Assembly (NCBI GenBank): GCA_000165345.1
Contig: CM000430.1
Span: forward strand, 896,001-960,000
DNA: 64,000 nucleotides
Direction: 5' to 3'
Shown: piece by piece, positions 60,351-64,000 of the stretch
How the letters are laid out: each line of letters starts with the position of its first letter
How positions within the stretch are numbered: position 1 is the first letter of the stretch
Made by a program: the position numbers and the translations under genes
The notes under the pieces: model-generated
What the model was told of the DNA's origin: nothing
The model's database searches: none
What the model saw: only the letters and a program-made list of their open reading frames with translations

Positions 60351-63300
60351 ATGCATATCAAAAAGGTGAATCCGTGGTTTGCGGTAATTTTATGTATATC
60401 ATTATTAAATGGGATAAGTATTTGGGACCGAATTCAATTAAATTTGGATAGGGGAGATGATACAGGAGCAAGTATTTCATATTTACAGCTGGAAATACAA
60501 AATCAAAATGGAGCTAAAAATATTTTTAACCCCTTAAGAATTAAGAATAATCAACTCAACTCTTTAGATCAACAATTTTCTTCTCAAGTCAAACCCAAAG
60601 CATACACAACCTCGAAAGGTTTAAAAACATTATTGGTTTCTGACAATACTATGTTAGAGTCAGCTTTTTCATTTGGGATTGGATGCGGATATTATCAAGA
60701 TCCTGATAATTTGGCAGGTCTGGCTCACTTGATGGAACATGTCGTGTTTTTGGGGAGTCAAGAAAATCCAAACCCAGTAGGCTGGGATGAGTTTCTATTA
60801 AAAAAGGGAGGCGCTGCCAATGCTTACACATCAGCAGATACAACAATATTTTATGTGTTGTCACCTCCAAGAGAGTTAGAGTCCGTAATGAGCTATTTTA
60901 CCAAGATGCTTGTTAACCCTGTAATAGATGAAAGGAGTTCAGTTTCTGAAATCGATGCAGTTAACCAAGAACATGAAAAGAATATCCCAAACAAGGTCAG
61001 AGCAATGATAGAGCTAGCTATGTACTTAGCTCCGGAGGAATGCCCTGCAAGGAAATTTGGTACAGGAAACAAAGAAACTCTTTATATTAATTCAAAAAAG
61101 AATAATATAAATCTCAAAGATGCCTTGAAGGAATATCACACAAATTGTTATACTAGCGACAACGCTTCAATAGTTATCATGGGACCCCAATCTAACGAGG
61201 AACTAGTCAAAATCGCTGACAAGATTGACGGGCTTTTTACAAACTCCGGAAAAGCTACTAAAGGAATTTCTAAGATTACTAACACCGTAACTAGTCGTTC
61301 TGACTCGAGAACATTTAAAAACCAGCATTCTCTTGCCCCAGGTATTTTAAGTATTTTTGAAAGCTCTGGTAATAGAAAGTCTAATATTGGAATTAGCTCT
61401 ACAGGTAGGATCACTTCAAGACAAACAGAATCGAAAAATAAAGAGACCAACCAAGATTCAATAAAAAGTAAATCACCAAATACAGAGATTGAGGTAGTGA
61501 GAATGCCAAGAGGAAGCTCATCTCCTCCTTTTGTCATAATTTATTGGGATTCAGTTTCAGATTCATTAAGCATCTTAAGGGAGAATGCTGAATGGCAAAT
61601 GTTAAAGCTAATTCAATACTTCTTTGAAGACCAAAGCCAAAACTCGATTGCAACTGAGCTACAGAAAAGAAAATTAGCTACTGCTTTAGAATACTTTGAT
61701 AATACTAGTACTCAATACTCCGTCTATGGCTTGCTATTTACTGCAACAGATGATTCTGATCAAACAACTTCAGAAATAGCAAAACTTACGTCAGCATACA
61801 TGGAAAGTTTGATAGAACAGATAAACAGCAAAGATGATAAGTGGATTCAATCATTCTATAAGAACTATACAAATATGGCAAATATTAAGTACGAGTATGA
61901 CGAGGAAAGAGACACTGCAGGAATAGCCTCTCAGGCTGCTGAAAGCTTATTAATCTTCCCAGATGAGCCAGAAATGGCACTTTCTGCCTTTGTAAAACCC
62001 GTTTCTATGAACAAGGATTCTGAATTAAGTAATGGACAAATTACAGCTTTAAAAGAATTTGTTAAACACTTGGAACCTTCAAAAATGAAGATAATTAAAC
62101 TTTCAGATTCATTGAATAGTTCTTCAGAACATAATTTTAGATTTGAACCCTACAAAACTGAATACTCAATTTCCAAAATTTCTCTTGAAAATTCAGAAAA
62201 TACTTCTAAAACAATTGAAGCATTAAAATCTACAAATAAGATTGGAGAGTTGTTGACGTGTGTTCCTGGAGATCTTAGTATTATTTCGTTTTCAGAAGAT
62301 AAATGTCCCGGATATAAGAGCTTTGAGAAAGAAATTCAAGAGAGAAAAATTGGAAATGAGCTTCAACCATGCCCAATATTAGAAGAAGAAGGATTAAGGA
62401 TTTTCTGGAAAGGTCCAATTCATACGGTACCTACAATTAATTTGACCCTAGTCCAAAGATTACCAAACAAAGATGTCTCAAATAATGTCAGAGTAAGCTT
62501 AATAGCAAATTTACATGCTCAATTACAAAACAGTAAAATGGATTACATACTATCAAGCTTTAAACTATGTGGCTTGGAAGCAGATATTAGTTACAGTAGA
62601 GGTAGATTTGTTATCAATGTTCAGTCATATAGTTCTAATTTTGAGGATATTATTGAGAAATTGTCTAATTATCTCGTAAGCGAAAGCAGATTACCAACTA
62701 AAACAGAGTTTGAGACTGCCTTAACAAATTTAAAGTCTGAAATATTGAATTTGAGCGATTTAATGGCCTATGATGTTGCAACCGATGTAGCTCAAAGCGT
62801 ATATCTTTCAAATTATTATTCCAGATTGCAACTTCGTGAATCTCTTCAAAAAACTGAGATTACTTTTGATGAATATATAGAAAAGATAAAAGATATTTTT
62901 TCGGTAGGATACTTTGATGCTCTTATTGTAGGCAACATTGGATATGAAAAGAGTATCAAACTTGTCTCAAGAATGGTAGGCTCTTTAGTAACCAAGAAGA
63001 TTCCATATTCTAATGCAATTCATGATGGGATTTTGAATGTTTCAGGAGACATACATATTAAAGCTAATAATCCAATTTCTTCAGATAAGAATAACGCAGT
63101 AGTAGCTCACTTCCTAACTCCACCAGTTGATTTAATTGACGTATCAATATACTCTTCAATAGGAGAAATACTTAATTCACCTTTTTATGATACCTTAAGA
63201 ACAGAGTGGCAAGATGGTTACGTAGCCTTTGCTACGACAAAATATGAAACTCCAATAATTTCCTTAATAGGAGCGGTACAGAGTGCAGAAAAGTTATCAG

Positions 63301-64000
63301 AGACTTTAGTATGCCATATGTTTTCTGCTCTGAAAAAGGTGTCCAAAGACGTTGAGGAAGATTTAAAGGAGATTTCCAAATCAGAATTTGAAGATAAAAT
63401 CAGGTGGTTTGGTCTCTCTAAATATTCAAGCCAGAAGTTGGATTCTTTTACCAAATATATTGAGCATTTTGGAAAACTAGTCGTTAGTCATGAACTTTGT
63501 TTTGAGAAAAACAAATTAATTGAGAATGCAACACAGGCGTTTATATCTGAACCAAATATATATATAGAAAAACTAAATAAGTTAATAAAACCATCAAGTT
63601 CAAGGAGGTTAGTTATTGTTGAGTTAATTGGAAATAAGAGTCCAGATAATAAGGAAGATGACTTAAAGCTTGTAAGTATTGCTAATAGAGATATACCTCC
63701 TACAAATGAAGAATGTAAAGAAATTTTGAATTCAGAAATTGGAAAGGCAACTATGATGGATGCCATTTCTTTCAAATTAGGTTCTAGTGGTTCTAGTAAT
63801 GGTAAACTCAGAGCATCTAGAAATAACACCTCAAAAGAAGAAAATAGTTATGTTGTATACGATTCGGATATTCAATGTAATATTTCCGAAGAAAATGCAA
63901 GCTTTGCAAGCGGAAAAGATTCAAAGGAGGTGAAGACTATGCTGAACGTATTTGGAAAGAGAATGTCATCAATGAAGTTTTCCAGTGAAAGTAAAATAAA
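60351..64000 (+). CDS. Insulinase-like M16 family zinc metallopeptidase (pitrilysin/insulysin type), secreted; 3'-partial, runs off the window
   Basis: Not in the ORF track because no stop is reached. I translated frame 0 from the ATG at 60351 to 64000 by hand and found no stop codon (at least 1216 aa). N-terminal signal peptide (MHIKKVNPWFAVILCISLLNGISIW). Inverted zinc motif HxxEH in GLAHLMEHVVFLGS. Downstream ENPNPVGWDEFLLKKGGAANAYTSADTTIFYV matches insulysin [27 protein letters not shown]. Confidence 0.85.
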   Translation, partial: MHIKKVNPWFAVILCISLLNGISIWDRIQLNLDRGDDTGASISYLQLEIQNQNGAKNIFNPLRIKNNQLNSLDQQFSSQVKPKAYTTSKGLKTLLVSDNTMLESAFSFGIGCGYYQDPDNLAGLAHLMEHVVFLGSQENPNPVGWDEFLLKKGGAANAYTSADTTIFYVLSPPRELESVMSYFTKMLVNPVIDERSSVSEIDAVNQEHEKNIPNKVRAMIELAMYLAPEECPARKFGTGNKETLYINSKKNNINLKDALKEYHTNCYTSDNASIVIMGPQSNEELVKIADKIDGLFTNSGKATKGISKITNTVTSRSDSRTFKNQHSLAPGILSIFESSGNRKSNIGISSTGRITSRQTESKNKETNQDSIKSKSPNTEIEVVRMPRGSSSPPFVIIYWDSVSDSLSILRENAEWQMLKLIQYFFEDQSQNSIATELQKRKLATALEYFDNTSTQYSVYGLLFTATDDSDQTTSEIAKLTSAYMESLIEQINSKDDKWIQSFYKNYTNMANIKYEYDEERDTAGIASQAAESLLIFPDEPEMALSAFVKPVSMNKDSELSNGQITALKEFVKHLEPSKMKIIKLSDSLNSSSEHNFRFEPYKTEYSISKISLENSENTSKTIEALKSTNKIGELLTCVPGDLSIISFSEDKCPGYKSFEKEIQERKIGNELQPCPILEEEGLRIFWKGPIHTVPTINLTLVQRLPNKDVSNNVRVSLIANLHAQLQNSKMDYILSSFKLCGLEADISYSRGRFVINVQSYSSNFEDIIEKLSNYLVSESRLPTKTEFETALTNLKSEILNLSDLMAYDVATDVAQSVYLSNYYSRLQLRESLQKTEITFDEYIEKIKDIFSVGYFDALIVGNIGYEKSIKLVSRMVGSLVTKKIPYSNAIHDGILNVSGDIHIKANNPISSDKNNAVVAHFLTPPVDLIDVSIYSSIGEILNSPFYDTLRTEWQDGYVAFATTKYETPIISLIGAVQSAEKLSETLVCHMFSALKKVSKDVEEDLKEISKSEFEDKIRWFGLSKYSSQKLDSFTKYIEHFGKLVVSHELCFEKNKLIENATQAFISEPNIYIEKLNKLIKPSSSRRLVIVELIGNKSPDNKEDDLKLVSIANRDIPPTNEECKEILNSEIGKATMMDAISFKLGSSGSSNGKLRASRNNTSKEENSYVVYDSDIQCNISEENASFASGKDSKEVKTMLNVFGKRMSSMKFSSESKI

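Noticed and set aside
1-64000. Prokaryotic-style interpretation (operons, defence islands, CRISPR arrays, IS elements, phage genes)
   Set aside because: Large ORFs lack Shine-Dalgarno signals. Spliceosomal introns are present. The gene content is eukaryotic (eS6, LSG1, TFIP11, RPA2, alveolin, TSG101-like UEV). No direct-repeat/spacer arrays and no transposase or integrase-like ORFs were seen.

Overview
This 64-kb window is an AT-rich (roughly 30% GC), gene-dense eukaryotic chromosomal segment, not a prokaryotic one. Three things in the sequence point to an apicomplexan, most likely a Cryptosporidium (parvum/hominis-like) nuclear chromosome; this is an inference from sequence alone. First, ORFs are long, mostly uninterrupted, and separated by 0.4-1.2 kb AT-rich spacers. 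Second, the few introns are short (60-105 nt) with GTAAGT/GTGAGT donors and pyrimidine-tract-CAG/TAG acceptors. Third, almost every intergenic spacer carries GGCGCC(A)/GGCGG (E2F-like) and GCATGCA elements. I model about 33 protein-coding genes and two tRNAs (Cys-GCA, Phe-GAA). The assignments I am confident in are cyclophilin A, ribosomal protein eS6, LSG1 GTPase, an SNF2/RING Rad5-like ATPase, an SDP1/TGL4 patatin triacylglycerol lipase, a RecA/Rad51 paralog (two exons), RPA2, Tim17, an alveolin inner-membrane-complex (IMC) repeat protein, TMEM230 and TMEM184 family proteins, a HELQ/Mus308 helicase, a divergent P-type ATPase, TFIP11/Ntr1 (G-patch) and an M16 insulinase-like peptidase that runs off the 3' end of the window. 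Many ORF-track entries begin at TTG/GTG, so I moved those starts to the first in-frame ATG. There is no prokaryote-style mobile element, CRISPR array, operon or defence island. The most interesting items are a gene split by a one-base frame change at a G5 homopolymer inside a perfect 10-bp hairpin (50731-50761); a P-type ATPase with a non-canonical M4 ion-site motif (PLWAP); three intron-containing genes that the ORF track fragments; a TSG101-like UEV protein with an 18-nt tandem repeat; a composite promoter module present twice; and a 1.95-kb ORF-free, strand-asymmetric region (35463-37412).
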